Assembly: GCA_018920345.1 (NCBI GenBank)
Contig: JAHLMN010000009.1
Location: forward strand, 23,420 to 87,419
Direction: 5' to 3'
Length of the DNA stretch: 64,000 nt
Source: Candidatus Aenigmatarchaeota archaeon
GTDB taxonomy: Archaea > Aenigmatarchaeota > Aenigmatarchaeia > CG10238-14
In this document: positions 27,879 through 36,894 of the stretch, piece by piece
Layout of the letters: each line of letters starts with the position of its first letter
Position numbering within the stretch: position 1 is the stretch's first letter
Position numbers and translations under genes: made by a program
Notes under the pieces: generated by a model
Told to the model about the DNA's origin: nothing
The model's input: only the letters and a program-made list of their open reading frames with translations
Database searches by the model: none

Positions 27879-27909
27879 AATTAAAATTTAGAAAGAATAT
27901 TTAATAAAC

Positions 27910-28422
27910 TCATCTAGCTTTTTTAGCAGCAGATGTCAAACCTCTAAAAGCTCTTCTTGTATGTTGCGGCTCACAGATCCAATTTATTTTAGGATCGTTT
28001 TTTATTGAAGGATGATTTTTATCAACAAGAATAACTTCATACCATACATATCTACCGTCTTGACCTACCCAATAAGAGTTTAACACTTCTAAATTTGGAT
28101 ATTTTCTTGCTACTCTTTGCTCAGCTATTGCTTGTAAAGATTGTTTTGTTGTAAATCTTTTTACACCGGTTTTAGAAGGTTTTCTTGCTTTTCTCAAATA
28201 GTGTGGTCTATCTCTTCCTCCTCTTAAAATTCTTGCTCTAACAATAACAAATCCCTGTTTAGCTTTATAGCCTAGCTCTCTTGCCCTATCTGGTTTTAAA
28301 GGCTTTTCCACTCTAACAAATCTCTCTTGTCTTCTCCACTCTATCAATCTTTGTCTCATTATCTCTTTCATAACTTTTTTGTTCTTTCTTGTTTCTTTTA
28401 TATGTTGGTATAATCCTTTCAT
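27910..28422 (-). CDS. rpl15e: 50S ribosomal protein L15e
   Basis: MKGLYQHIKE...RQRLIEWRRQERFVRVEKP...L15e signature. The start was moved to the internal Met. The ORF-track N-terminal extension is likely spurious. Confidence 0.85.
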   Translation of the reverse strand: MKGLYQHIKETRKNKKVMKEIMRQRLIEWRRQERFVRVEKPLKPDRARELGYKAKQGFVIVRARILRGGRDRPHYLRKARKPSKTGVKRFTTKQSLQAIAEQRVARKYPNLEVLNSYWVGQDGRYVWYEVILVDKNHPSIKNDPKINWICEPQHTRRAFRGLTSAAKKAR

Positions 28423-28471
28423 ATTAATCACAAAAGCTATTAACTTTAATTGAAAGGAAGATTTAAATATT

Positions 28472-28774
28472 TTGGTAAGAAGCATGAAATTTGAAGATGT
28501 CTGGATTTTAATTAAAAAAATACCTAGAGGTAGAGTGACTACATATAAAGAATTAGCAAGAGTGTTGGGAACAAAAGCATATAGAGCAATAGGTAACGCT
28601 TGTAACAAAAACCCTTATAGTGATGTACCTTGTCATAGAGTTATAAAGAGTAATGGAGAAATAGGAGGATTTGCAAGGGGGGTTGAAGAAAAGATTAGAT
28701 TATTAGAAAAAGAAGGAGTAAAAATAATTGATGGAAAGATTGATCTAAAAAAATACTTTTTCAAGTTTGTATAA
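28472..28774 (+). CDS. ogt: Methylated-DNA-protein-cysteine methyltransferase, catalytic domain only
   Basis: PCHRVI active-site motif and the preceding helix-turn-helix (TTYKELARVLG). Confidence 0.7.
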   Translation: MVRSMKFEDVWILIKKIPRGRVTTYKELARVLGTKAYRAIGNACNKNPYSDVPCHRVIKSNGEIGGFARGVEEKIRLLEKEGVKIIDGKIDLKKYFFKFV

Positions 28775-28779
28775 ATTAT

Positions 28780-29364
28780 CTAGTAATCAACGAAATAGAA
28801 TCCACGTAAAAAAGGAAATATAGGTTTGTATGTTATTTTATTTTTTGCTTTCTGTTGAGGTGGAACAATAATAACTCTTATTTCACCTTGAGTTTCTTTT
28901 AAAAATTTATCGATTCTGCTTTTTAAAATAAATGGTCCATATTGGTGTATAATATAGCCTTTTCCTATATAAAATGCTACATGAGTTAAAAGTCTTCCTT
29001 CTTGATTATATCTACTATTTGGATTGTAAATTCCTATAATAGATCCTTCGGGTGGTTCAAAATTTAATTCTTTTAAGTTTTTAGCTGTTCCTTGCCATAA
29101 AACTTGATTTTGAGATGCTAAATGCCATGCATCAGCAAAATAATAACCACCCCAACCTCTTATTTCTGCTGCTGTTAGAGCATAACCTGCACAATAAAAA
29201 GGTGGTAGAAAGATTTTTGGCACAGAAGGATCAATCAATGCTTCTACTGTATCAGGAATAACAGAATATGGTATATGAAAATATTTTTGATTAATTTGAT
29301 GAAAAGTCATAGTAGCAGCTAGAAAAATAACTGCACATATTCTTAATAATCTTTTTTCACCCAT
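28780..29364 (-). CDS. Secreted NlpC/P60-family (papain-like) peptidase
   Basis: Signal peptide. Catalytic Cys (FYCAGYAL) and His region (LLTHVAFYIGKGYIIH) in NlpC/P60 order. Confidence 0.5.
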   Translation of the reverse strand: MGEKRLLRICAVIFLAATMTFHQINQKYFHIPYSVIPDTVEALIDPSVPKIFLPPFYCAGYALTAAEIRGWGGYYFADAWHLASQNQVLWQGTAKNLKELNFEPPEGSIIGIYNPNSRYNQEGRLLTHVAFYIGKGYIIHQYGPFILKSRIDKFLKETQGEIRVIIVPPQQKAKNKITYKPIFPFLRGFYFVDY

Positions 29365-29485
29365 CTATTATTTTTGAATTTTCTAGTATAAATATTTATT
29401 ACTTTATAGTAGTTTAGAAAAATTTTTTATTTTTATTTAATTTTTATAGTTTTATAGATAAAAAAATGTATTTTATGTATGGGGT

Positions 29486-29779
29486 GTGAAATCATATAAA
29501 GCTAGATCAAATAATGGAGAAGAATTTAATCTTTATCTAGTAAGTTGTTTAATAATGGATCAAGAAGATGCTGCAGAAAGAGCAAGAATAGAATTCCGTA
29601 AAAAACCTCATGAAATGACCTATGATGAAATAAAAAGAGCTCACAATCTTACAGGAAAAGAATATTATAATTTTTGGTCAACTCAGCTTTTTAGAATAGG
29701 TCAAATTTTAGATAAAACTACTGAATATGAAATTCCTGAAGAAAATTCAGGGAAGTTTGAAATTCTTTATATTTTCTAA
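29486..29779 (+). CDS. Hypothetical protein
   Basis: ORF only. No motif recognised. Confidence 0.25.
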   Translation: MKSYKARSNNGEEFNLYLVSCLIMDQEDAAERARIEFRKKPHEMTYDEIKRAHNLTGKEYYNFWSTQLFRIGQILDKTTEYEIPEENSGKFEILYIF

Positions 29780-29831
29780 TTAATAGCAACGAAAACTTAA
29801 ATACCTCAAAATTCGATAATTATCTTATCAG

Positions 29832-30146
29832 GTGATTAAAAAAATGAATCCATGGCTAAAAATTGTTTTAGGTTTAGTCTTGCTAGGAGCACCTCTTGCC
29901 TTGTATGCATATGATTTGATGACACCTGGTCCAGTAGTAGAATTTCAAGTATTAGGAAGAACTATACAATTATCGCCAGTAAGAGCATTTTTAACAGTTT
30001 TAGAAGGTACTATACCACCATTTATTGCTTTAATAGGTTTATTCATAGTCTGGCTAGAGCTTGATGAGTTAAGAATAGAAAGAGAACTAAAGCAGGAAGA
30101 GGAAAAAGAAGAAGAGGAAAAACCTAAAAAGAAAAAAAGTAAGTAG
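29832..30146 (+). CDS. Small membrane protein with Glu/Lys-rich tail
   Basis: Two TM helices and a C-terminal EEKEEEEKPKKKK tail. Confidence 0.4.
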   Translation: MIKKMNPWLKIVLGLVLLGAPLALYAYDLMTPGPVVEFQVLGRTIQLSPVRAFLTVLEGTIPPFIALIGLFIVWLELDELRIERELKQEEEKEEEEKPKKKKSK

Positions 30147-30148
30147 AT

Positions 30149-31186
30149 ATGGGAGTACAAATATCTCAATTATTGCCTAAACAAGAAATAAGGCTAGAGG
30201 ATTTAGCTAACAAGAAAATTGCCATAGACGCTTTTAACATTATTTTTCAATTTCTTTCTATTATTCGTCAAAAAGATACAGGTGAACCTTTAAGAGATAG
30301 TAAAGGTAGAATAACTTCTCATTTATCAGGATTGTTTTATAGAAATTTGAAATTTCTAGAAGCTGGAATAAAGCCCATATATGTTTTTGATGGGGAACCA
30401 CCTAAAATGAAAAGATCTACTATTAGAGAAAGAGAAGCTAAAAGGGAAGAGGCTTTAAAAAAATGGGAGCAGGCTTTAAAAGAAGGTAGAAAAGAAGATG
30501 TAATGGTTTATGCTCAAGCATCTTCAAAACTAACAGATGAAATGATAGATGAAAGTAAAAAGTTACTAAAAGCATTAGGCATACCTATTGTTCAAGCACC
30601 TTCTGAAGGTGAAGCACAAGCCAGTCATATGGTTTTGAAAGGAGATGCGTATGCTGCAGCAAGTCAAGACAGCGATTCTCTATTATTTGGCTGTCCTAGA
30701 TTAATAAGAAATTTATCCATAACTGGAAAGAGAAAGATGCCTAGACAAGAGAAATGGATAGATATAAATCCAGAATTAATAGAGCTTGAAAATGTGCTTA
30801 AAGAATTAGGGATAACAAGAGAGCAATTAATAATGATAGGGATGCTTGTTGGAACAGATTATAATCCAGAAGGCATTGCTGGTTTTGGACCAAAAAAGGC
30901 TTTAAAGATGGTTCAAGAAAAAAGAACTCTGAAAAATTTGCTTGAATCAATAGAATGGCGCTCAGAAAACGATCCTCACGAGATTTATAACTTTTTTCTT
31001 AATCCAAAAGTAGATGATAATTATGAGATCAAGTTTGGTGAAATAGATAAAGAAATGATAAAGAAGATAATGGTTGACGAGCACGATTTTTCTGAAGATA
31101 GAATAGAAAGCAATCTGAATAAATTATTAGAAGCTAAAAAGAAAGGCACACAGTCTAGTTTAGCCGGTTGGTTTAAGAAATCTTAA
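30149..31186 (+). CDS. fen: Flap endonuclease 1
   Basis: XPG N and I domains (MGVQISQLLP..., LVGTDYNPEGIAGFGPKKAL). Confidence 0.9.
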   Translation: MGVQISQLLPKQEIRLEDLANKKIAIDAFNIIFQFLSIIRQKDTGEPLRDSKGRITSHLSGLFYRNLKFLEAGIKPIYVFDGEPPKMKRSTIREREAKREEALKKWEQALKEGRKEDVMVYAQASSKLTDEMIDESKKLLKALGIPIVQAPSEGEAQASHMVLKGDAYAAASQDSDSLLFGCPRLIRNLSITGKRKMPRQEKWIDINPELIELENVLKELGITREQLIMIGMLVGTDYNPEGIAGFGPKKALKMVQEKRTLKNLLESIEWRSENDPHEIYNFFLNPKVDDNYEIKFGEIDKEMIKKIMVDEHDFSEDRIESNLNKLLEAKKKGTQSSLAGWFKKS

Positions 31187-31871
31187 ACTTATCAAAAAAC
31201 TTGCTTAACCCCTTTTGCTCATATTTCTTAACAATCTCTTGTACAGTATCCCATGTAGTCCTTATATTCTTCGGCATTTTACCTTTGTTTTCTTTCGCAA
31301 GTTTCTCCAAAAATTCTATTGTTTTTGCATCATGACTATAACCAACACCAAAATCAAAGCCAAACTCTTTTTTTAACTGCTCTATTTTTTTATCTCTTTC
31401 AACTTTAGCAATTATAGAAGCAGCAGAAACAACAGGATAATTTTTATCAGCATAGTTCTCAAAAACAAATTTTGCTTTTTTAGCATCTTCATTTAATTTA
31501 GAAAACAAAAAATCTTTAAACTTGCCACTATTATAACTAGGTGAATCTATTATAACTTTTTCAGGTAAAAGCATATTTATTGCATCTGCCATTTTCATTG
31601 CTTCAATCTGATTGAGATTTATGCCACTTTTTCTCATAGAATCTATATTACATGCAGAAACATGCAAAACAACAATATTATCTGCTATCTGATCTATCTT
31701 TTCAGCTAACTCTTCTCTTTTTTCAGGTGTCAATTCTTTAGAATCTTTTACACCAATTTTCTTTAATTCTTTTTCTTTGCTTTCATCTATCATTAAACCG
31801 CAAACTACTAGCGGACCTATTACAGCACCTCTTCCTGCCTCATCTATCCCCATTACTTTGATTGCAATCAC
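31173..31871 (-). CDS. rnhB: Ribonuclease HII
   Basis: GIDEAGRGAVIGPLVV catalytic motif. Confidence 0.9.
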   Translation of the reverse strand: MIAIKVMGIDEAGRGAVIGPLVVCGLMIDESKEKELKKIGVKDSKELTPEKREELAEKIDQIADNIVVLHVSACNIDSMRKSGINLNQIEAMKMADAINMLLPEKVIIDSPSYNSGKFKDFLFSKLNEDAKKAKFVFENYADKNYPVVSAASIIAKVERDKKIEQLKKEFGFDFGVGYSHDAKTIEFLEKLAKENKGKMPKNIRTTWDTVQEIVKKYEQKGLSKFFDKFKIS

Positions 31872-31911
31872 CTAAATAATTAAAATATATTGATAACTTT
31901 AATACAAATAC

Positions 31912-32334
31912 ATGAATGTTGATCAAATTCTTGATGAAATAAGGTATGTAAAAAATATAGAAGATGTTTTGGAAAAATATAACTGGAAAGATTTTGAAAG
32001 CTTCGTGGAATTTGTTTTTCAACAACATGATTTCGAAACAAAAAGAAATTTTAGATTTAAGCTAGAAAAAAGATATGAAATAGATGTTGTTGCAGAAAAA
32101 GAGATAATTATATGTGTAGATTGCAAAAAATGGGGAAAAGGTAGATATAAAGAATATTCTTTGAAAAAATCTGGTGAAAAACAAATAGAAAGAGCAAATG
32201 CATATAAAATTTTTACAAAGACAAAGAAAACTATATTGCCTCTAATAATAACATTAACAGACGAGATTATTGAACAAGAATTTATTGCAATACCCATTTG
32301 GAAGTTAAATGAATTTTTGCTAAACTACAGATAA
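31912..32334 (+). CDS. PD-(D/E)xK nuclease-fold protein (Hjc/Mrr-like candidate)
   Basis: E...IDVVAEK...ICVDCKK arrangement (E, D, DxK), about 140 aa, in a replication/repair neighbourhood. Confidence 0.35.
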   Translation: MNVDQILDEIRYVKNIEDVLEKYNWKDFESFVEFVFQQHDFETKRNFRFKLEKRYEIDVVAEKEIIICVDCKKWGKGRYKEYSLKKSGEKQIERANAYKIFTKTKKTILPLIITLTDEIIEQEFIAIPIWKLNEFLLNYR

Positions 32335-32401
32335 CAATAGGATTTTTAAATACCTATTTAAATATTTATAAAGTTTTATATACTAAATTGGAGGTGTAAA
32401 A

Positions 32402-32953
32402 ATGGCAAAATTTGACATTAAAATTGAAAATATTGTTGCTTCTGCTTCTCTTGGCGTTAGAGTGCCTTTAGAAAAAATGATAAAACATTTAGAAGGCACC
32501 GAATATGAGCCAGAGCAGTTTCCTGGTTTGGTTTATAGAGTTAAAGAACCTAAAGCAGCAACATTAATATTCTCTTCTGGTAAAGTAGTTTGCACAGGAG
32601 CAAGAAGTATAGAAGATGTTAAAAGAGTAATTAAAAAAGTAATTGATGCCATAAAAAGCGCTGGTTTAGGCAACCCAACAAAATATACCGTGCAAATAGA
32701 AAATATAGTTGCTTCAGCAAAACTCAAATCTTCACTTAATTTAGATAAAATAGCATTTGAAGTTGAAGAATCTGAATATGAGCCAGAGCAGTTTCCTGGT
32801 TTGGTATTGAGAATGAGAAATCCTAAAGTTGCTTTCCTGCTTTTCTCTTCTGGAAAAATAGTTTGTACTGGAGCAAGAAAGATAAAAGATGTAGAAGCTG
32901 CAGTGGAAATGTTGTCTAATAAGCTGAAAAGTATAGGTGCAATTAACGAGTAA
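32402..32953 (+). CDS. tbp: TATA-box binding protein
   Basis: Two direct TBP repeats (IENIVASASLG… / IENIVASAKLK…). Confidence 0.9.
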   Translation: MAKFDIKIENIVASASLGVRVPLEKMIKHLEGTEYEPEQFPGLVYRVKEPKAATLIFSSGKVVCTGARSIEDVKRVIKKVIDAIKSAGLGNPTKYTVQIENIVASAKLKSSLNLDKIAFEVEESEYEPEQFPGLVLRMRNPKVAFLLFSSGKIVCTGARKIKDVEAAVEMLSNKLKSIGAINE

Positions 32954-33011
32954 TTGATATACAAAATTTTGTTTAGCAAAACATAAGAATTTCAATAATA
33001 AACATTAGTTT

Positions 33012-35030
33012 ATGCGAGACAGAGATTTACTAGATGCACTAGTAGATTTTTTAAGAAAGAATTATTATAAAAATCTAGCTGATGTAATTGCTAAAGATGA
33101 AAAGGCTTTACAAGTTGATTTTAGTTTAATAGACAAATATAGTCCTGATATAGCAGATCTAATTCTAGAAAAACCTGAAGAAACTCTAAAAATATTTGAA
33201 GAAGCAGTCGAGCAAATAGATTTACCTGAAAAGAAAAAAGTCAAGATAAGACTATTTAATTTGCCTGAAAGTAGCAAGATAAGAATAAGAAATATTAGGT
33301 CAGAGCATTTAGGCAAACTTTTGTGTGTTGATGGGATTGTCAAAAGAGCTTCTGAGATCAGACCAGAAGTTTCTGAAATTGTATTTCAATGTGGAGAGTG
33401 TGGGGAAAAGATTATTGTTCTACAAACAGAAAAAGAAAAGACACTAGTTTATCCTAATATGTGCGATAATTGCAAATCTAAAAGAGGTTTCAAAGTTTTA
33501 GAGCAAAAATTATATGATGCTAGATGGATTGCTATTGAAGAACCTTTTGAAATTACTACTGGTGAAAGGCCTTCAGAAATAATGGTTTATTTGAAAGAGG
33601 ATTTAACTTCACCTAAAATGCAGACAAAAACAGACCCTGGTAATAGAATTAAAGTAATTGGTGTTTTGAAAGAAGTACCAAGAAGGACATCAAAAGGCGG
33701 TAAGACAAGACAAATGGAGATATTGATAGATGCTAACAATATTGAATCAACGCAAACAGAATGGGAAGAGCTTGTTATAACACCTGAAGAAGAAAAAATG
33801 ATAAAGGAAATGGCTAGTGATCCTAAGATATATGATAAATTAGTAGCTTCACTTGCACCAAGTATGTATGGCTTAGATGTTGTCAAACTAGCAATAGTTC
33901 TGCAATTCTTTGGTGGAGTTGCAAAAGTTTTAAAAGATGATACTAGAATAAGAGGGGATATACATATATTGATTGTCGGTGATCCTGCTGTTGGAAAAAG
34001 TCAGCTGCTTAAACTAGCTTCACAAATGATGCCAAGAGGCAAATATGTTTCTGGTAAAGGTGTCACAGGTGCTGGATTAACAGCTGCTGTTGTCAGAGAT
34101 GAGCAATTCTTAGGAGGATGGGTTTTGGAAGCAGGTGCTCTAGTTTTAGCAAACAATTCTTTAATAGGTATAGATGAATTCGATAAAATGGAAAAAAGTG
34201 ATCAAGTTGCAATGCACGAAGCAATGTCTCTACAGCAAATTTCAATTGCCAAAGCATCTATTGTAGCTACATTACCAGCAAGAACAGCTGTTTTAGCTGG
34301 AGCAAATCCAAAATATAGCAGGTTTGATCCTTATATGCCTATAGGTGATCAAGTAGATATACCAGAAACTCTGCTAAGTAGGTTTGATGTTAAATTTGCT
34401 TTAAAGGATATACCAAACCCAGAAGTAGATGAAAAAATGGTTGATCATGTATTGAAATCAAGACATTTTGCTGAAGATGCTATGAAGCCTTTGATTGATT
34501 TAGATTTGTTCAAAAAATATGTTGCTTATGCAAGAATGCATTGCAAACCAATACTAACAGAAGGTGCTGCAAAAAAATTAAAGGAATTTTACCTAACAAT
34601 GAGGGGTTCTTCTATTTCAGGGGAAAGACAGGCTGTTGCAATAACAATGAGGCAATATGAAGCTTTGATTAGATTAGCAGAAGCGAGTGCCAAAGTGCAA
34701 TTAAGAGAATTTGTAACAGAAGAAGATGCAGACAGAGCAATAGAAATAATGAAATATTCTTTAAGGCAATTCGGGTTTGACGAAAAAACAGGAACATTTG
34801 ACATAGATAAAGCAGAAGGAGGAATGAGTAGCAGTCAAAGAAGCAAGATAAAGATCATTTTAGATTTAATAGCTGAATTGGAAAAAACTTTTGGAAAAAA
34901 CATACCTTTAGATGATCTGAAAAAGAAAGCTTTAGAAAGTGGAGTAGATGATGTTGATCAAATGATTAGAAAAATGAAGGATGAAGGTGTTATTTTTGAG
35001 CCAAAGCACGGTTTTATACAAAAAATCTAA
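33012..35030 (+). CDS. mcm: MCM replicative helicase
   Basis: Zn finger CGECGEK...CDNC. Walker A GDPAVGKS. Walker B IDEFDKM. Arginine finger SRFD. Confidence 0.9.
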   Translation: MRDRDLLDALVDFLRKNYYKNLADVIAKDEKALQVDFSLIDKYSPDIADLILEKPEETLKIFEEAVEQIDLPEKKKVKIRLFNLPESSKIRIRNIRSEHLGKLLCVDGIVKRASEIRPEVSEIVFQCGECGEKIIVLQTEKEKTLVYPNMCDNCKSKRGFKVLEQKLYDARWIAIEEPFEITTGERPSEIMVYLKEDLTSPKMQTKTDPGNRIKVIGVLKEVPRRTSKGGKTRQMEILIDANNIESTQTEWEELVITPEEEKMIKEMASDPKIYDKLVASLAPSMYGLDVVKLAIVLQFFGGVAKVLKDDTRIRGDIHILIVGDPAVGKSQLLKLASQMMPRGKYVSGKGVTGAGLTAAVVRDEQFLGGWVLEAGALVLANNSLIGIDEFDKMEKSDQVAMHEAMSLQQISIAKASIVATLPARTAVLAGANPKYSRFDPYMPIGDQVDIPETLLSRFDVKFALKDIPNPEVDEKMVDHVLKSRHFAEDAMKPLIDLDLFKKYVAYARMHCKPILTEGAAKKLKEFYLTMRGSSISGERQAVAITMRQYEALIRLAEASAKVQLREFVTEEDADRAIEIMKYSLRQFGFDEKTGTFDIDKAEGGMSSSQRSKIKIILDLIAELEKTFGKNIPLDDLKKKALESGVDDVDQMIRKMKDEGVIFEPKHGFIQKI

Positions 35031-35066
35031 TAAAATTTAAATCTTCTCAACCCAATAAACTAATTC

Positions 35067-35690
35067 ATGAAAATTGGCATTATTGATTGGTTTCTGGATA
35101 CTTTTGGCTTAAGAAAACCTATAAGACTTGGCATTTATGGAAGTGTTAATGTTGGAAAAACAACACTTGCTAACAAAATAGCATTAGATTGGACTGGAGA
35201 AGAAATAGGCTCAGTTTCAGCTGTTCCTCATGAAACAAGATTTGTACAAAAAAAAGAAAGAGTTGAAATTAAGCATGGTGGTAGAAAGATAACTATAAAC
35301 TTACTTGATATGCCTGGTTTAGCAACAAAAATAGATTATAGAGATTTTTTGAAATATGGAATAAAGAGAAAGGAGGCTAAAGAGAGAGCAAAAGAGGCTA
35401 CACAAGGTGTCATAGAAGCAATCAAATGGTTAAATAATGTTGATGCAGTTTTAGCAGTGATGGATGCCACAAAAGATCCTTTAACGCAAGTAAATGCTAC
35501 TTTGCTTGGAAATTTAGAAGCAAAAAATATCCCTGTTATTATTGTAATAAATAAAATTGATTTAAAAAATGCAAAACCTGAAAACATAAAAGAAGTCTTT
35601 TCTCAATATCCTTCTGTTGAAATATCTGCATTAACAGGAAAGAACATGGACAAACTATATGAAATGATAGCAAAATATGCAAGGAGATAA
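35067..35690 (+). CDS. Small GTP-binding protein (predicted archaeal GTPase)
   Basis: G1 GSVNVGKTT, G3 DMPG and G4 NKID motifs. Confidence 0.65.
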   Translation: MKIGIIDWFLDTFGLRKPIRLGIYGSVNVGKTTLANKIALDWTGEEIGSVSAVPHETRFVQKKERVEIKHGGRKITINLLDMPGLATKIDYRDFLKYGIKRKEAKERAKEATQGVIEAIKWLNNVDAVLAVMDATKDPLTQVNATLLGNLEAKNIPVIIVINKIDLKNAKPENIKEVFSQYPSVEISALTGKNMDKLYEMIAKYARR

Positions 35691-35692
35691 AA

Positions 35693-36106
35693 ATGAAAAA
35701 GATAAAACTTGACTTTGTTTCATCTGCTGTTTTGAGCGGAAAAGAACCTGAAAAAAGAATAGATTTTATACTAAACAAAGTCAAAGATGGCTCAATACTT
35801 GTTATAGATGGTGTGTTAAAACCAGAGGAAGAAATGAATTTAATAAGAGAAACTATGAGAAGAGTAGATGATGGTTTTCCTGGAATAGAAGTATGTAGCT
35901 TGAAAAAACCATCAAATTTTATTAATACTTTGATAGATAAGTTTATGGATCAAAAAGAAAATATTCAAAAGATATTTGGTACTTTAACAGGAAATCCATC
36001 TATTACAACAAATCTAAGAACAGGCATAACATTCATAGGTCCTGCTAAAGTTATCAAAAAAATTAAAAAGAACCCAGATTCATTCTCGGTTCTAGCAGAG
36101 GTTTAA
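35693..36106 (+). CDS. Conserved archaeal protein (DUF2073-like) partnered with GTPase
   Basis: 137 aa, no enzymatic motif. Gene order GTPase / this / Zn-ribbon resembles a conserved archaeal triplet (recollection, not verified). Confidence 0.35.
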   Translation: MKKIKLDFVSSAVLSGKEPEKRIDFILNKVKDGSILVIDGVLKPEEEMNLIRETMRRVDDGFPGIEVCSLKKPSNFINTLIDKFMDQKENIQKIFGTLTGNPSITTNLRTGITFIGPAKVIKKIKKNPDSFSVLAEV

Positions 36107-36110
36107 GTTT

Positions 36111-36482
36111 ATGTCTCATAAATGTTTAAGATGTGGTAAGATATACGAGGATAATGATCCGCAAGTCATAAATGGATGTACATGTGGCTCTATTTTCTTC
36201 TTTTATATAAAAGATAAATCACAAGTAGAGAAATTTGAAGAGATTGAAAAGACTCTGAACATTCAAAAAACAACCTTGGAATCTGAGCTAGAAAGAGAAT
36301 TTATAAAAACAGTTGCAGGTGAAAATCAATTTGGTGTTGAAACAATAAAAAATCCTATTGATGGAGTTTATGAAATAAATTTAGATGCTTTAATGAAAAA
36401 ACAACCTTTGGTTATTCTAAAACAAGGTAGAACTTATTTGATTCACTTGCCCTCTGTTTTTGAAAAAGTAAAAGAAAGATGA
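36111..36482 (+). CDS. Zinc-ribbon protein (DUF2072-like)
   Basis: N-terminal CLRCG...GCTCGS four-Cys ribbon. Confidence 0.45.
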   Translation: MSHKCLRCGKIYEDNDPQVINGCTCGSIFFFYIKDKSQVEKFEEIEKTLNIQKTTLESELEREFIKTVAGENQFGVETIKNPIDGVYEINLDALMKKQPLVILKQGRTYLIHLPSVFEKVKER

Positions 36483-36833
36483 TCATCTGTTAGCTGTTAA
36501 TAAATTTCTGGCTTCTTGTGTCAATCCATCTGTTGTAGTCATGTTTTTTAATATGCCTATATTAACTGCTTGAAATACTTCAACTGTCTTGTTTTTTTGT
36601 TGATTATAAAATATTTGTCTTTGATAACAATAGCAATTTTTGTCTTTAACAAAAGCGAATTCTACTCCTGCCAAATCACAGAACTGCTTGCAAGTGTTTA
36701 TATCTGTTGTGGTTCCTTTACCTTTTAAATAATCGTTCAAGAAAAATCCTGCTGCAAATACTGCAATTATAAGTATTATGCTCAAAATATCTCTTTTTCT
36801 TATCTTTATATAATCGTTTTCTGTCGTAGGCAT
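36483..36833 (-). CDS. Small membrane-anchored Cys-containing protein
   Basis: Single TM (ILSIILIIAVFAAGFF), then a Cys-rich ectodomain (CKQFCDLAG...CYCYQ). Confidence 0.3.
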   Translation of the reverse strand: MPTTENDYIKIRKRDILSIILIIAVFAAGFFLNDYLKGKGTTTDINTCKQFCDLAGVEFAFVKDKNCYCYQRQIFYNQQKNKTVEVFQAVNIGILKNMTTTDGLTQEARNLLTANR

Positions 36834-36894
36834 ATAGGTATATATAGTAGCATATAAATTAAAGCTTTTTTATTGAAATCCCAATTTATATTTT

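Noticed and set aside
27910-28608. N-terminal 62-codon extension of the L15e ORF
   Set aside because: Hydrophobic, low-complexity and absent from L15e proteins. The conserved L15e N-terminus begins at the internal Met (28422).
28472-28774. The 100-aa MGMT was considered as a truncated pseudogene
   Set aside because: Stand-alone C-terminal catalytic domains with intact PCHR motif and HTH occur in several archaea. No evidence of disruption.
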